The notes under the pieces are model-generated. The model was not told the DNA's origin, searched no databases, and saw nothing but the letters and a program-made list of their open reading frames with translations. From Gemmatimonadales bacterium (GTDB lineage: Bacteria > Gemmatimonadota > Gemmatimonadetes > Gemmatimonadales > GWC2-71-9): a DNA stretch of 32,628 nucleotides. The stretch spans positions 1-32,628 of the forward strand of contig JBFJHJ010000035.1 of assembly GCA_041613315.1 (NCBI GenBank). Direction: 5' to 3'. The translations under genes were made by a program, and so were the position numbers. This document shows positions 1 to 9,571 of this stretch, in pieces; position 1 is the stretch's first letter, and each line of letters begins with the position of its first letter.

Positions 1-35
1 GAGGTCGATCCGCGACTCGACCGACTCGCAGCGCC

Positions 36-185
36 CGCACCGGCGAACCTTGCGGCCCGGCCAGGCCGCTTGGGGATGGAAGCCGGAGCTCCTGACCAGC
101 CCTACCGCGGGCGCATCAGCCCAGGCGGCGGCGGCAGGAAGAAGAACAGTGGGAGTCAATCCCCTGGCTCCGGGTAGCCAGTGCG
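36..185 (+). ncRNA. Candidate structured non-coding RNA (6S-like size; family not identified)
   Basis: Nested complementary segments: 36-40/181-185, 42-44/177-179, 52-57/64-69, 72-77/159-164, 88-92/152-156. Purine-rich unpaired stretch at 136-148. Followed directly by an intrinsic terminator; no credible ORF. High GC makes chance pairing possible. Confidence 0.3.
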
Positions 186-187
186 TA

Positions 188-234
188 GGGCGGCCCGCCA
201 CTCCGATCGGGGTGCGCGGGCCGCCCGTTTTTTT
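188..234 (+). terminator. Rho-independent terminator
   Basis: Stem GGGCGGCCCGC (188-198) / GCGGGCCGCCC (216-226), extended by 199-204/209-214, followed by T7 (228-234). Confidence 0.85.
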
Positions 235-262
235 GTCGTCCACGAGCGTCCGGGACGCCGGA

Positions 263-685
263 CTAGGGCCCCTTGACGACGAGCACGGGACAGGGCGCGA
301 AGATCGCCACCTGGTGACTGATCGTCAGGAGCGTCCGCTGCGGGTGCTCGGGATCGGGCCGATGGGAGCCGATCACGACGAGGTCGGCTCCCTGCTCCTC
401 GACGAAGCCGACGATCTCCCGCGCGCGCTTGCCGTAGCGCACCACCTGTTCGACGTCCACCCCAGCCCCCGTGAGCGGCCGTGCGAGCCGGGCGAGCCCC
501 TCGCGGGCCTGCTCCTCCAACCGCTCGTAGAAGTCCTTGAGCTCATCGAACGGGACGTCGAGGGTCTCGATCACGTGCAGGAGCGTGAGGGTGCTCCCGT
601 GCGTGCGGGCGAGATCTCGCGCCATTTCCACGGCCGCGCGATGCTGATCGGTGAGATCCACCGGAATGACGATCCGCTCGAACAT
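263..685 (-). CDS. Universal stress protein (UspA family), 140 aa
   Basis: MFERIVIPVD... start, LLHV, ADLVVIGSH and C-terminal APCPVLVV motifs. GGAG RBS upstream of ATG 685. Confidence 0.92.
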   Translation of the reverse strand: MFERIVIPVDLTDQHRAAVEMARDLARTHGSTLTLLHVIETLDVPFDELKDFYERLEEQAREGLARLARPLTGAGVDVEQVVRYGKRAREIVGFVEEQGADLVVIGSHRPDPEHPQRTLLTISHQVAIFAPCPVLVVKGP

Positions 686-934
686 GTACCCGCTCCCGTC
701 GGTCTCAGCGGAATATTGCACGATGGCGGCGGGGCTGCATCCCGCGGCCGGCGCCGGCCGCGGGGCGTCTTCACGCTCCGGCGCCGCGAGGCGTTTCCCC
801 GAGGCCCGCGTTCGCCGCCAACGTGACGTTCGACACGGCCCGACCCGGCGCTTGGCGCCCACTTTGGGACCCATCCTCCGACGCCAGGACATGCCATCGG
901 TCGTGCGCCGCGCGGCGGCGCGGGAGGCCTCTAC

Positions 935-1810
935 GTGAGCAGTGCCGATCCAAAGGACCGGGAGCGCAAGGAGCAGGCAGCCATGGTGAACCGGCTGCTC
1001 AAGAAGCTCCACCTCCCCGAGGACTCGCGGCCCGCCAGCGCATCCGCCACGACGCCTCGCCCCTCGTCGACCGTCACACGCCCGGGCATCGCTCGTCCGC
1101 GCACCATCCCACGCATCGGCCCGTGGACCCGGGTCGGGCTCGCGGTCCTCCTCGCGATCGCGCTGCCCCTGTGGCCGTACCGCCACGCCTGTGGTTTCGG
1201 TCTCTTCTTCTATCTCGTCGGCGTGACCACGCTGATCGTGGCCGGGGTGTGGGCCGGGCTCGCGACGTGGGAGCGGCAGGTCGCGGTGGCGCACATCCTG
1301 TCGCTCGTCGCGGTGGTGTGGGGACTCGGGTTGGGGGCCAGCGTAATCCTGCCCCGCATGGGATACGCGAAGACCCCGGCTACCTGGCGGTGCGGAGCCG
1401 TGGCGGCGACCGCGGCGAACGGCGGCGGCGTCGCGGCCCACGCGCCGCCGTGCCGTGCGCTCGGCACGCATCGGTTGCCGCCAGACGTAGTCGTCAGCGC
1501 GTTCGCCTGCGAGGGCAACGCGACGCTTCGGCTGGAGCGCCGGGTGCTGGCCGCGCTGACCGGCACCCCGGCCGTCGAGGAACGAGACGTCGTTATGGTC
1601 CCCCCGCTGGCGACGGACGAGCGGTTCCTCCTCGGCGTGTGCCGTCTGGACGGGACGCCCGATGCGGCGGTCGCCGCCGTCGTCCGCATGCAGAATGCCG
1701 CGACGCTCCGGAACATCCGGGTCGCCTTTCGCGTGGATCGCCGACGGCAGCGCTTCGAGCCGGTCGCCGCCGAGCGCGTCACCTGCGCCAACGAGGCGTA
1801 CGGCGTGTAG
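935..1810 (+). CDS. Hypothetical membrane protein: three TM helices plus a C-terminal soluble Cys-containing domain
   Basis: 291-aa ORF with three hydrophobic segments (VGLAVLLAIALPLW, FGLFFYLVGVTTLIVAGVW, ILSLVAVVWGLGLGASVIL). GGGAGG upstream of GTG 935. Confidence 0.7.
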   Translation: MSSADPKDRERKEQAAMVNRLLKKLHLPEDSRPASASATTPRPSSTVTRPGIARPRTIPRIGPWTRVGLAVLLAIALPLWPYRHACGFGLFFYLVGVTTLIVAGVWAGLATWERQVAVAHILSLVAVVWGLGLGASVILPRMGYAKTPATWRCGAVAATAANGGGVAAHAPPCRALGTHRLPPDVVVSAFACEGNATLRLERRVLAALTGTPAVEERDVVMVPPLATDERFLLGVCRLDGTPDAAVAAVVRMQNAATLRNIRVAFRVDRRRQRFEPVAAERVTCANEAYGV

Positions 1811-1909
1811 CACGGCGCCCCCTGGCGCGGCCCGTGCCGCCCCGCTATCTCACACTGTCTCTCCGTTCCCCACAATCGAATCACCATCAGGTAGGAGTCG
1901 GGTCGCACC

Positions 1910-4900
1910 ATGGGCCGTGCCGCGCTCGTTTCGTTGCTCCTCGTCGCCACCGCCGCCCCGCTGCTCGCCCAACGACGTGGGTCGGCCGCGGCGGCCGTCG
2001 ACACCGCGCTCTATGCCGGCATGACCTGGCGGATGGTGGGCCCCTACCGCGGCGGCCGCTCGTCCGCGGTCACGGGCGTGGCGGGCGGCATCCACACGTT
2101 CATCATGGGGACGACGGGCGGCGGCGTGTGGAAGAGCACCGACGCCGGCCAGCACTGGACGAACATCTCGGACGGCGTGTTCGGCGGCTCCATCGGGGCG
2201 GTCGCGGTGGCGCCGTCCGACCCCAACGTGATCTATGTCGGCACCGGGTCGTTGGATATCCGAGGCAACACCTCGACCGGGCGCGGCATGTACCGATCGG
2301 TGGACGGCGGGAAGACGTGGCGCTTCATGGGACTGCGGGACGCCGGGCAGATCGGCCACATCGCGGTCCACCCCGGCAACGCCGATCTCGTCTATGTCGC
2401 GGCCTTGGGCCACCCGTTCGGCAAGAACCCGGAACGCGGCATCTTCCGCTCGCGCGACGGCGGGCAGACGTGGCAGAAGGTGCTCTTCCTCAACGACAGC
2501 ACGGGCGCCTCGGGCCTCGCGATGAACCCGCGGAACCCGCGCGAGCTGTACGCCGGGATATGGCGTGGAGAGCGCAAGCCGTGGACCCTCATCAGCGGCG
2601 GCCCCGAAGGCGGCGTCTACAAGAGCGCCGACGGCGGCGACACCTGGACCAAGCTCGCGGGCGGTTTGCCCACCGGGCTGGTCGGGAAGGTCGGCGTCGC
2701 GGTGTCGCCGGCGAACCCCGACCGGGTCTGGGCGATCGTCGAGGCCGAGCCCGAGGGCGGCGTGTTCCGCTCCGACGACGCCGGCAAGACGTGGACGCGC
2801 GTCAACGCAGAGAACAAGCTGCGGCAGCGCGCGTTCTACTACACGCACGTGGTCGCGGACCCCAAGGACGAGCACACGGTCTACGCGTTGAATACGCGGC
2901 TCTACCGCTCGGTGGACGGCGGGAAGACCTTCGAGCAGATCGAGGTGCCGCATGGCGACATCCACGACCTGTGGATCCATCCCGAGGATCCGGCGATCAT
3001 GATCGTGGCCGATGACGGCGGCGGCCAGGTCACGTTGAACGGCGGGAAGAGCTGGAGCACGTACTACAATCAACCGACGGCCGAGTTGTACGACGTCATC
3101 GTCGACAACGGCTTCCCCTACCGGTTGTACGGCGCGCAGCAGGACAACACGACCATCTCCGTGCCGGCCTGGTCGTCCGGCAACACGCTCTACCCCAAGG
3201 AACACTGGATCAATGTGGGCGGGTGCGAGACGGGGCCCATCGGGCTGCACCCCGATCACCCGGAGATAGTCTTCGCGGGCTGCTACAGCGGCGTGCTGGA
3301 TCGGACCGACCGCCGGCTCGGCCAGCGCCGCAACGTCATGCTGTATCCCGAGGTGCAGGTCGGCGAAGCGGCGCGGAATGTCCGCCACCGGTTCCAATGG
3401 GTGTCGCCGATCGTCGTGTCGCCGCACGACCCCGCTGTGGTGTACCACGCGTCGCAGTTCGTGCATCGCAGCACCGACATGGGCATGACGTGGGAGACGA
3501 TCAGCCCCGATCTCACGACCAACACCCCCGCGCATCAAGCCTACGCCGGCGGACCGATCAACCACGACATCACGGGCGTCGAGATCTACAACACGATCTT
3601 CTCCCTGGCCGTTTCGCCGCACGCCGCGGCCGTGCTCTGGGCGGGAAGCGACGACGGGCGCGTGCACGTCACCCGCGACGGCGGGGCGACCTGGACCGAT
3701 GTCACGCCCCGCGGCATGCCGCCACTCGGCACGGTCGACGAGATCGAGGTGTCGGCGCACGCGCCGGACCGCGTGGTGCTCGCGGTGCAGCGCTACCGGC
3801 TGGACGACTTCGCGCCGTACATCTTCCGCACGAACGACGGGGGACGGTCGTGGGAGTTGCTCACCGACGGGCGAAACGGCCTACCCGCCGACGTGCCCGT
3901 GCGCACCGTGCGAGAGGACCCCGAGCGCCGCGGCCTGCTCTACGCGGGGACGGAGTTTGGCGTGTACGCCTCGTTCGACGACGGCCGCACCTGGCAGTCG
4001 CTCCAGCTGAACCTGCCCATCACGCCCGTGACGGGGATGCGCGCCGCCCACGACGACCTCGTGATCGCCACCCAGGGGCGCTCGTTCTGGATCCTGGACG
4101 ACGTCACACCGCTCCGGCAGCTCACGGCGGAGGTTGCGAGATCCGCGGTGCATCTGTTTCGGCCGCGCGCGGCCCTCCGTGTCAACGCCGAGGGTTCGTC
4201 GGAGGAGTTTTCGCCGCAACCCCGGCCCGGGCCGGCGCTCGTGTCCTACTACCTGGCGCGCGCCGCGTCGACGCCGGTGACGCTCGAGATCCTCGACGCG
4301 TCCGGCGCCGTCGTGCGGCGCTTCAGTAGCGACTCGGCGGACGCGCGGCGAGCGAAGCTCGACACCATCCCCAGCGGCGCCGGCATGCACCGTATCGTGT
4401 GGGACCTCACCTATCCCGGCCCGAACACGCCGGATTCCCTCGTGGCGTGGGGCTATGCCGGGGGCGTGATCGCGCCGCCGGGGGCGTACCAGGCGCGGCT
4501 CACCGCCGAGGGTGCGGTGCGCACGCAGCCGCTGGAGGTCCGCCCGGATCCCCGGCTCGCCGACGTCACGCAGGACGACTTCGAGGCGCAGTTCGCCCTC
4601 GCCGTACAGGTGCGGGACACGTTGGACCGGATCTACGACGCGATCCGCGCGATCCGGGGCGTGCGGGAGCAGGCCGCCGCCATCGCGCGGCGCGTCGAGG
4701 GCGCGCCCTACGGCGTTAGGGTCCGTGCCGCCGCGGACTCGCTCGCGACGGCGCTGACGGCCGTCGAGACCGAGCTCACGCAGACGCGAAACCAGAGCAA
4801 CCAGGACCCCCTGCGGTTCCCGCCCAAGCTCGACGGCCAGTTCCTCGGGCTCTACGAGTACGTGACGGGGCCGGACAACTACCGCTTCGGAGGCGCCGAG

Positions 4901-5068
4901 GGCCGGCCGACTCCGGGCGCGGACGCCCGCCTTCGAGATCTCCTCGAGCGATGGGCGGGCCCGCGCGAGCGGTTCCGTGCGCTGCTCGAGACGGACGTAC
5001 TGGCGTTCAACGCGCTGCTCGCGCAGCTGAGCGTTCCCGGCGTGATCGTGCCGGCGGAGCGTCGGTGA
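1910..5068 (+). CDS. Secreted VPS10/BNR (Asp-box) beta-propeller protein, glycosyl-hydrolase-like
   Basis: Signal peptide, WRMVGPYRGGRS start of mature domain, repeated S/TxDGGxTW Asp-boxes, TEFG motif, C-terminal helical region. AGGAG RBS. Confidence 0.9.
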   Translation: MGRAALVSLLLVATAAPLLAQRRGSAAAAVDTALYAGMTWRMVGPYRGGRSSAVTGVAGGIHTFIMGTTGGGVWKSTDAGQHWTNISDGVFGGSIGAVAVAPSDPNVIYVGTGSLDIRGNTSTGRGMYRSVDGGKTWRFMGLRDAGQIGHIAVHPGNADLVYVAALGHPFGKNPERGIFRSRDGGQTWQKVLFLNDSTGASGLAMNPRNPRELYAGIWRGERKPWTLISGGPEGGVYKSADGGDTWTKLAGGLPTGLVGKVGVAVSPANPDRVWAIVEAEPEGGVFRSDDAGKTWTRVNAENKLRQRAFYYTHVVADPKDEHTVYALNTRLYRSVDGGKTFEQIEVPHGDIHDLWIHPEDPAIMIVADDGGGQVTLNGGKSWSTYYNQPTAELYDVIVDNGFPYRLYGAQQDNTTISVPAWSSGNTLYPKEHWINVGGCETGPIGLHPDHPEIVFAGCYSGVLDRTDRRLGQRRNVMLYPEVQVGEAARNVRHRFQWVSPIVVSPHDPAVVYHASQFVHRSTDMGMTWETISPDLTTNTPAHQAYAGGPINHDITGVEIYNTIFSLAVSPHAAAVLWAGSDDGRVHVTRDGGATWTDVTPRGMPPLGTVDEIEVSAHAPDRVVLAVQRYRLDDFAPYIFRTNDGGRSWELLTDGRNGLPADVPVRTVREDPERRGLLYAGTEFGVYASFDDGRTWQSLQLNLPITPVTGMRAAHDDLVIATQGRSFWILDDVTPLRQLTAEVARSAVHLFRPRAALRVNAEGSSEEFSPQPRPGPALVSYYLARAASTPVTLEILDASGAVVRRFSSDSADARRAKLDTIPSGAGMHRIVWDLTYPGPNTPDSLVAWGYAGGVIAPPGAYQARLTAEGAVRTQPLEVRPDPRLADVTQDDFEAQFALAVQVRDTLDRIYDAIRAIRGVREQAAAIARRVEGAPYGVRVRAAADSLATALTAVETELTQTRNQSNQDPLRFPPKLDGQFLGLYEYVTGPDNYRFGGAEGRPTPGADARLRDLLERWAGPRERFRALLETDVLAFNALLAQLSVPGVIVPAERR

Positions 5069-5098
5069 CGGGGCGACCGGCTACGGCGGAGGCGGGCG

Positions 5099-5455
5099 AT
5101 GGCGGACGCTGATCTCAAGACGCGGGTCGAGCGGGTGCGCCAAGATCTCGAGGCGATCGAGCGCGCCCTGGCCCAGGGAGCCGTGCCGCGGCGGATCCTC
5201 GAGGCGTTCAAGACCGCGGTGGACGATGTGCGGATCCACACCTGGGCGGCGCTCACGGGAGCCGAGGGATCGCCGGCGGGCCACGACTCGATCGTCGCCC
5301 AATATCGGCTGGGCCGCATGGTGGAGTTGTGCCAGCACGTCGTCCAGGACCTCGACGCCAGGCTGGTCCCACCCGGCCATGCCGGCCTGCTGGAGCTCCA
5401 GACAGGCGTCGAGCGGCTTCTCGCATCCATCAAGCGCGTGGAGTCCGGCCAGTAG
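5099..5455 (+). CDS. Hypothetical helical protein, 118 aa
   Basis: GGAGG RBS, amphipathic helical composition, co-oriented with the upstream gene. Confidence 0.7.
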   Translation: MADADLKTRVERVRQDLEAIERALAQGAVPRRILEAFKTAVDDVRIHTWAALTGAEGSPAGHDSIVAQYRLGRMVELCQHVVQDLDARLVPPGHAGLLELQTGVERLLASIKRVESGQ

Positions 5456-5482
5456 CCGCCACCGCCACCGGCGGACATCGGT

Positions 5483-6481
5483 TCAGATGCGATGGACGAT
5501 TCGCGCGTCCGGCGCCCGCGCCCGGAGCACCTGCCGCGCCCGCTCCGGCGGAAGGAGGAAAGCTGACGTGGCCGCGGCGTCCGCCGTCAGGCACCGCTCG
5601 GCGACCACGGTCACGCTGCGGAGCCCGCCCAGCCGCGGGGCGGCCGTGGCCGGGTCGAGCAGGTGGTGGTAGCGCCGCCCGCGGTATGTGAAGTACTGGA
5701 GATAGTCCCCCGACGTCGCCACCGCCTGGTCGCTCGCCTCGAGCGTATCGACGATCCGCTCGGGGGCGTCCGGAGCGCGGATGCCGATGCGCCACGGCTC
5801 GCCGTGCTCCGCGTCGCCCAGCGCGTGGAGGTCGCCCCCCACGTTCACGAGGGCCTGCGTGATGCCCCACCGCCTGAGGGCGTCCACGGCGCAGTCCACC
5901 CCGTAGCCCTTGCCGATGCCCCCGAGATCGAGCGCGACGTCGGGGTCCGTGAAGCGGATGACGGAACGGCCGGCCTCCGCGTGCACGTCGGCGTGGCGGT
6001 AGAGCCGGCGTCCCGCGAGGCGTGTCGTGACGGAGGGGTGCAGTGGCTCCCGGCGGTGCGCGACGTCCCAGAGGGCTACCGCCGTCCCGATACACGGGTC
6101 GAAGGCGCCCTCGCTCGCCTCCGCCCAGCGGAGCGCCGCTTCGACCACGCGAGCCGTCTCGTCCGTGACCGCGACGCCGTCGGTCGCGGCGTGGAGGTTC
6201 GCGCGGCCCACGTCGGAACGGTCGTCGAACCGGGTCATCGTCCGCTCCACCCACCGCAGCGCGTCGAACGCGGCGTCGATCGCGCCATGGGCGAACCGGG
6301 CGTCGCGGTGCACGACCGCGACGTCGGCGATGGTTCCCATGAGCGGCACCGCGCGGCGGATCAGCCGCCGAGGCCGGCGGCGCGCGAACGGCAGGGCGGC
6401 CACGGCGAACGCGCCGATGCCCAAGATGATCATCTGTCGTCGCGTGGGACTGGACGACGCGGGTGGCTCACGGTGACTCAT
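5483..6481 (-). CDS. apbE: FAD:protein FMN transferase (ApbE family) with Tat-like signal
   Basis: MGT, FDPCIG, LDLGGIGKGYGVD, NVGGD, ATSGDY, HHLLDP and ADAAAT motifs. N-terminal TRRQMI followed by a hydrophobic helix. Last gene of the rnf operon. Confidence 0.93.
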   Translation of the reverse strand: MSHREPPASSSPTRRQMIILGIGAFAVAALPFARRRPRRLIRRAVPLMGTIADVAVVHRDARFAHGAIDAAFDALRWVERTMTRFDDRSDVGRANLHAATDGVAVTDETARVVEAALRWAEASEGAFDPCIGTAVALWDVAHRREPLHPSVTTRLAGRRLYRHADVHAEAGRSVIRFTDPDVALDLGGIGKGYGVDCAVDALRRWGITQALVNVGGDLHALGDAEHGEPWRIGIRAPDAPERIVDTLEASDQAVATSGDYLQYFTYRGRRYHHLLDPATAAPRLGGLRSVTVVAERCLTADAAATSAFLLPPERARQVLRARAPDARIVHRI

Positions 6482-6647
6482 GGGTCGACTCCGAGGTTGG
6501 GTGGCCTGGCGTGCAGGCCGGGCATCCCGCGCTGCGGACGCCGCACGCGCAGCGCGCGTGTTCGTGGTGGTCGCCCCGCTCGCGGCGACAGAGCCCGAAC
6601 ACCGCGAACAGCGCCGCGACGGCGAGGATGCCGAGGAGTTGCGTCAT
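6468..6647 (-). CDS. 59-aa single-TM Cys-rich small protein (NqrM-like architecture)
   Basis: MTQLLGILAVAALFAVFGLC...CACGVRSAGCPAC. The start overlaps the rnfA stop (ATGA) and the end overlaps the apbE start. Confidence 0.7.
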   Translation of the reverse strand: MTQLLGILAVAALFAVFGLCRRERGDHHEHARCACGVRSAGCPACTPGHPTSESTHESP

Positions 6648-7222
6648 GTGGCGCTCAGGAGACCGGCAAAGCCCATGAACGCCAGCGAGAGGCTGCCGGC
6701 GATGATCAGGACCAGGGCCATGCCTCGCGCCAGCGACGGGATGTCGGCGAGTTCCGTGTTCTCCCGAATGGACGCCATGAGCACGAGCGCGAGCGTCAGC
6801 CCGAGGCCGGCGCCGAGCGCGAAGAACAGCCCCTCGAGGAAATCGTACCCCCGGTTCGTCTGGAAGATGGCGAGGCCGAGGATGGCACAATTCGTCGTGA
6901 TGAGCGGCAGGAAGATGCCCAACTGCCGGAACAGCGTCGGACTCACCTTCTTGATGACCATCTCGACCACCTGCACGAGCGACGCGATCACCACGATGAA
7001 GGAGATGAGGCGCAGGTACGGAGCGTACGGAAGCACGAACGTGTTGAGGCCCCAGGCGCACACCGAGGTGAGGGTCATGACGAAGATGTTCGCGGCGCCC
7101 ATCCGCAGCGCCGTGGAGACGCGGGCGGACACCCCCATGAACGGGCAGAGGCCGAGGAACAACGCCAGCGTGAAGTTGTTCACGACCATGGCGGAAACGA
7201 GAATCCAGATCAGGTTGCCCAT
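6644..7222 (-). CDS. rnfA: Rnf complex subunit A
   Basis: VNNFTLALFLGLCPFMGVS and LGIFLPLITTNCAILG motifs. TGATG overlap with rnfE. Confidence 0.95.
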   Translation of the reverse strand: MGNLIWILVSAMVVNNFTLALFLGLCPFMGVSARVSTALRMGAANIFVMTLTSVCAWGLNTFVLPYAPYLRLISFIVVIASLVQVVEMVIKKVSPTLFRQLGIFLPLITTNCAILGLAIFQTNRGYDFLEGLFFALGAGLGLTLALVLMASIRENTELADIPSLARGMALVLIIAGSLSLAFMGFAGLLSAT

Positions 7223-7878
7223 CAGGCCGCCCTCCGGGACGCGACGCCGTGCGGCCACTCCCGCACCCCGCTTTCGGGCGCCCGTCGGCTCCGTACCCAG
7301 CTGAGGGTCAGGAGGAGGAACCCCAGCGTGAGAAACCCCCCGGGCGGGAGGATCATGATGACCCAGGGCTCGAACGCGTCGCCGAAGAGCCGGTAGCCGA
7401 GGAACGAGCCGCTCCCGAGCACTTCACGGACGCCACCCATCATCACCAGCGCCACGAGGAATCCGACTCCCGTGCCGGCTGCGTCCAGCAGCGAGCGTCC
7501 GATCGGCCGCTTCGACGCGAAGGCCTCCTGTCGGCTGAGGATCATGCAGTTGACGACGATGAGGGCGACGAAGGCTCCGAGGGCTTTGTGCACGTCCGGG
7601 GCGACGGCTTCGAGGCCCATGTCGGCCACGGTGACGAACGTGGCGATGATCATGATGTACGTGGAGATCCGCACTTCGTGCGGGATGAGCCGCCTGAGGC
7701 TGGACACGAGTAGGCTCGAGCCCACCAGTACGAAGAACGTGGCGAGACCCATGGCGAGGCTGTTGGCCACCGTATTGGTGACCGCCAGCGCGGGGCAGAG
7801 GCCCAACATCTGAATGAGCACGGGGTTCTCGCGCCAGATGCCCCGGAGCAGGTCGGCCTGCGCCGTCGTGTCTCTCAT
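7222..7878 (-). CDS. rnfE: Rnf complex subunit E
   Basis: ENPVLIQMLGLCPALAVT, LIVVNC and ILPPGGF motifs. Confidence 0.95.
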   Translation of the reverse strand: MRDTTAQADLLRGIWRENPVLIQMLGLCPALAVTNTVANSLAMGLATFFVLVGSSLLVSSLRRLIPHEVRISTYIMIIATFVTVADMGLEAVAPDVHKALGAFVALIVVNCMILSRQEAFASKRPIGRSLLDAAGTGVGFLVALVMMGGVREVLGSGSFLGYRLFGDAFEPWVIMILPPGGFLTLGFLLLTLSWVRSRRAPESGVREWPHGVASRRAA

Positions 7879-8567
7879 CGCGGCGCCTCCCGGTCGTAGC
7901 GCTCGAGCGCCGGTCCCAGGCGCTCGAGCGTGGCGTTGATGATCCCGATCACGGTCCGAGACGAAATCGTGGCCCCGGTGATCATGTCGATCTCGCCCGC
8001 CGCCCGGCTGCCGCCGCGTCGCTTGACACCGCTCAGCGGCGGCGCCACACCGTCGAACTGCCGGACGAATGCCGTGTCCCGTTCGATCTTGTCGCCGAGC
8101 CCGGGGGTCTCCTTGCTCTCCAACACCTTCATGCCGAGGATCGTGCGCGTTGCCGGATCGTAACCGAAGATGAGTCGCACGATGTCTTGGAAGCCGGGCT
8201 GCCCCGCGGCCATCGCGAAACCCGCGGGTGTGGTCCCGCGGTACCCATGGTAGACCGTCTCGAGTCCCTGCGGGCCCACGCCGTCCGGCAGGCGCCGCCG
8301 CAGCGCGCCGTCGTACACGTAGAGCGTGTCGTACCGGTCGGGCGCCTTGAGCACTTCGTGGATCGCCGCGCGCAGGACCTCGGCCTTGTGGGCCTGGATG
8401 GCGGGCTGCGTGCTCTGGTACGCGACGACGATCAAGAGGCCGGCAAGGACTCCGGCGCCGCCCAGCGTCACCAACAGGCGGGGCGGCGTGATGTCCCGGG
8501 GCGGCCCCGGCGGTGCCGCGCCCGGGGGGACGGGGCTCGTGCCGTGCGGGTGCGCGTCGCCGCTCAT
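7875..8567 (-). CDS. rnfG: Rnf complex subunit G (covalent FMN)
   Basis: N-terminal TM helix, ETPGLG, and DMITGATISS flavinylation motif. ATGA overlaps at both ends. Confidence 0.92.
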   Translation of the reverse strand: MSGDAHPHGTSPVPPGAAPPGPPRDITPPRLLVTLGGAGVLAGLLIVVAYQSTQPAIQAHKAEVLRAAIHEVLKAPDRYDTLYVYDGALRRRLPDGVGPQGLETVYHGYRGTTPAGFAMAAGQPGFQDIVRLIFGYDPATRTILGMKVLESKETPGLGDKIERDTAFVRQFDGVAPPLSGVKRRGGSRAAGEIDMITGATISSRTVIGIINATLERLGPALERYDREAPR

Positions 8568-9571
8568 GGCGTGTGCGGCGCGGTGCGCGCTCCGAAGCGT
8601 CGCGGCTGCGTCGCCCGGTTGATGAAGGGCACCAGCGCGTTCATGAGGAGAATCGCATACATCACCCCTTCGGCGAGTCCGCCCCACACGCGGATGATCA
8701 CGACGAGCACCCCAATGCCGATCCCGAAGATCCAGCAGCCGCGGTTCGTCACCGGGGAGGTCACGAGATCGGTGGCCATGTAGACGGCGCCCAGCATGAG
8801 CCCGCCCGAGAACAGCATGACGAGGGGGCCGGCATATCGCTCGGCGTCCAGCGCATGCAGCCCGGCCGCCATCAGCGCCACCGTGGCCAGCACGCCGACT
8901 GGGATCCGCCAGTTGAGGTACTGCCGGAGCGCGAGGTAGGCGCCGCAGAGGAGGATGAGGGCGCCGGACGTCTCGCCCACCGAGCCGCTCGAGGAACCAA
9001 TCACCAGATCCCACAGCGGCGTCGCCGTCTGTTCGAACTTGAACAGCCCAAGGGGCGTGGCACCGGTGAGCGCGTCCGGGACGGTGGGGCTCATGAGAGG
9101 TAGGGCCAGGTTGTCGCCGCGGAGCTGCCACCACGTCTCCCCCGCCGGCAGGGCCCAGGTCGTCATGGCCACCGGGAACGCCGCCTGGAGAAAGGCGCGG
9201 CCCAGGAGCGCGGGGTTGAAGATGTTCTGGCCGAGGCCTCCGAAGATCAGTTTCCCGAAGCCGATGGCGAACCCGCCACCGACAAAGGCCATCCACAACG
9301 GAAGGCCGGGCGGGAGGGTCAAGCCCAGCAGGATGCCCGTGATGGCGGCAGACCCGTCGCGCACCGAGCCGGGGCGACCGAACGCGTGCTCGATGACCAG
9401 CGCACCGACCGTCGCCGCGAACATGACCAACAGGGCGCTCGGCCCGAAGACGTACGTGGCCGCCGCGACGATGGGGGCCAGCGTCGCCACGACCGTCCAC
9501 ATGATCTTCGGAGTGGAGTCGGGGGCGGACAGGTGCGGTGATGCGGTGACGAGCAGCCGGCTCGGCGTCAC
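8564..9571 (-). CDS. rnfD: Rnf complex subunit D
   Basis: SPH, DGSAAITG, KLIFGGLGQNIFNPAL, DALTGATPL (FMN site) and MATD motifs. GTG start overlaps the rnfC stop. Confidence 0.95.
   Translation of the reverse strand: MTPSRLLVTASPHLSAPDSTPKIMWTVVATLAPIVAAATYVFGPSALLVMFAATVGALVIEHAFGRPGSVRDGSAAITGILLGLTLPPGLPLWMAFVGGGFAIGFGKLIFGGLGQNIFNPALLGRAFLQAAFPVAMTTWALPAGETWWQLRGDNLALPLMSPTVPDALTGATPLGLFKFEQTATPLWDLVIGSSSGSVGETSGALILLCGAYLALRQYLNWRIPVGVLATVALMAAGLHALDAERYAGPLVMLFSGGLMLGAVYMATDLVTSPVTNRGCWIFGIGIGVLVVIIRVWGGLAEGVMYAILLMNALVPFINRATQPRRFGARTAPHTP

Noticed and set aside
119..183. Minus-strand GCCGCCTGGGC resembling the 3' end of a ZTP riboswitch
   Set aside because: The 5' aptamer consensus (GACUGGCG...GGUGG...CCAC) is not present, and the terminator U-tract is on the plus strand.
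822..837. CRP/FNR-like site CGTGA-N6-ACACG between the USP and the membrane gene
   Set aside because: The match is imperfect and appears once; it could easily be chance.
686..1813. N-terminal extension of the 516-aa ORF that contains the USP
   Set aside because: It is antisense to 935..1810. The USP domain has its own RBS and ATG at 685.
823..3760. Long alternative-frame ORFs (823..3015 +, 1850..3760 -) and many similar ones across the window
   Set aside because: They are Arg/Pro/Ala-rich shadow frames overlapping genes with clear motifs, as expected at high GC.
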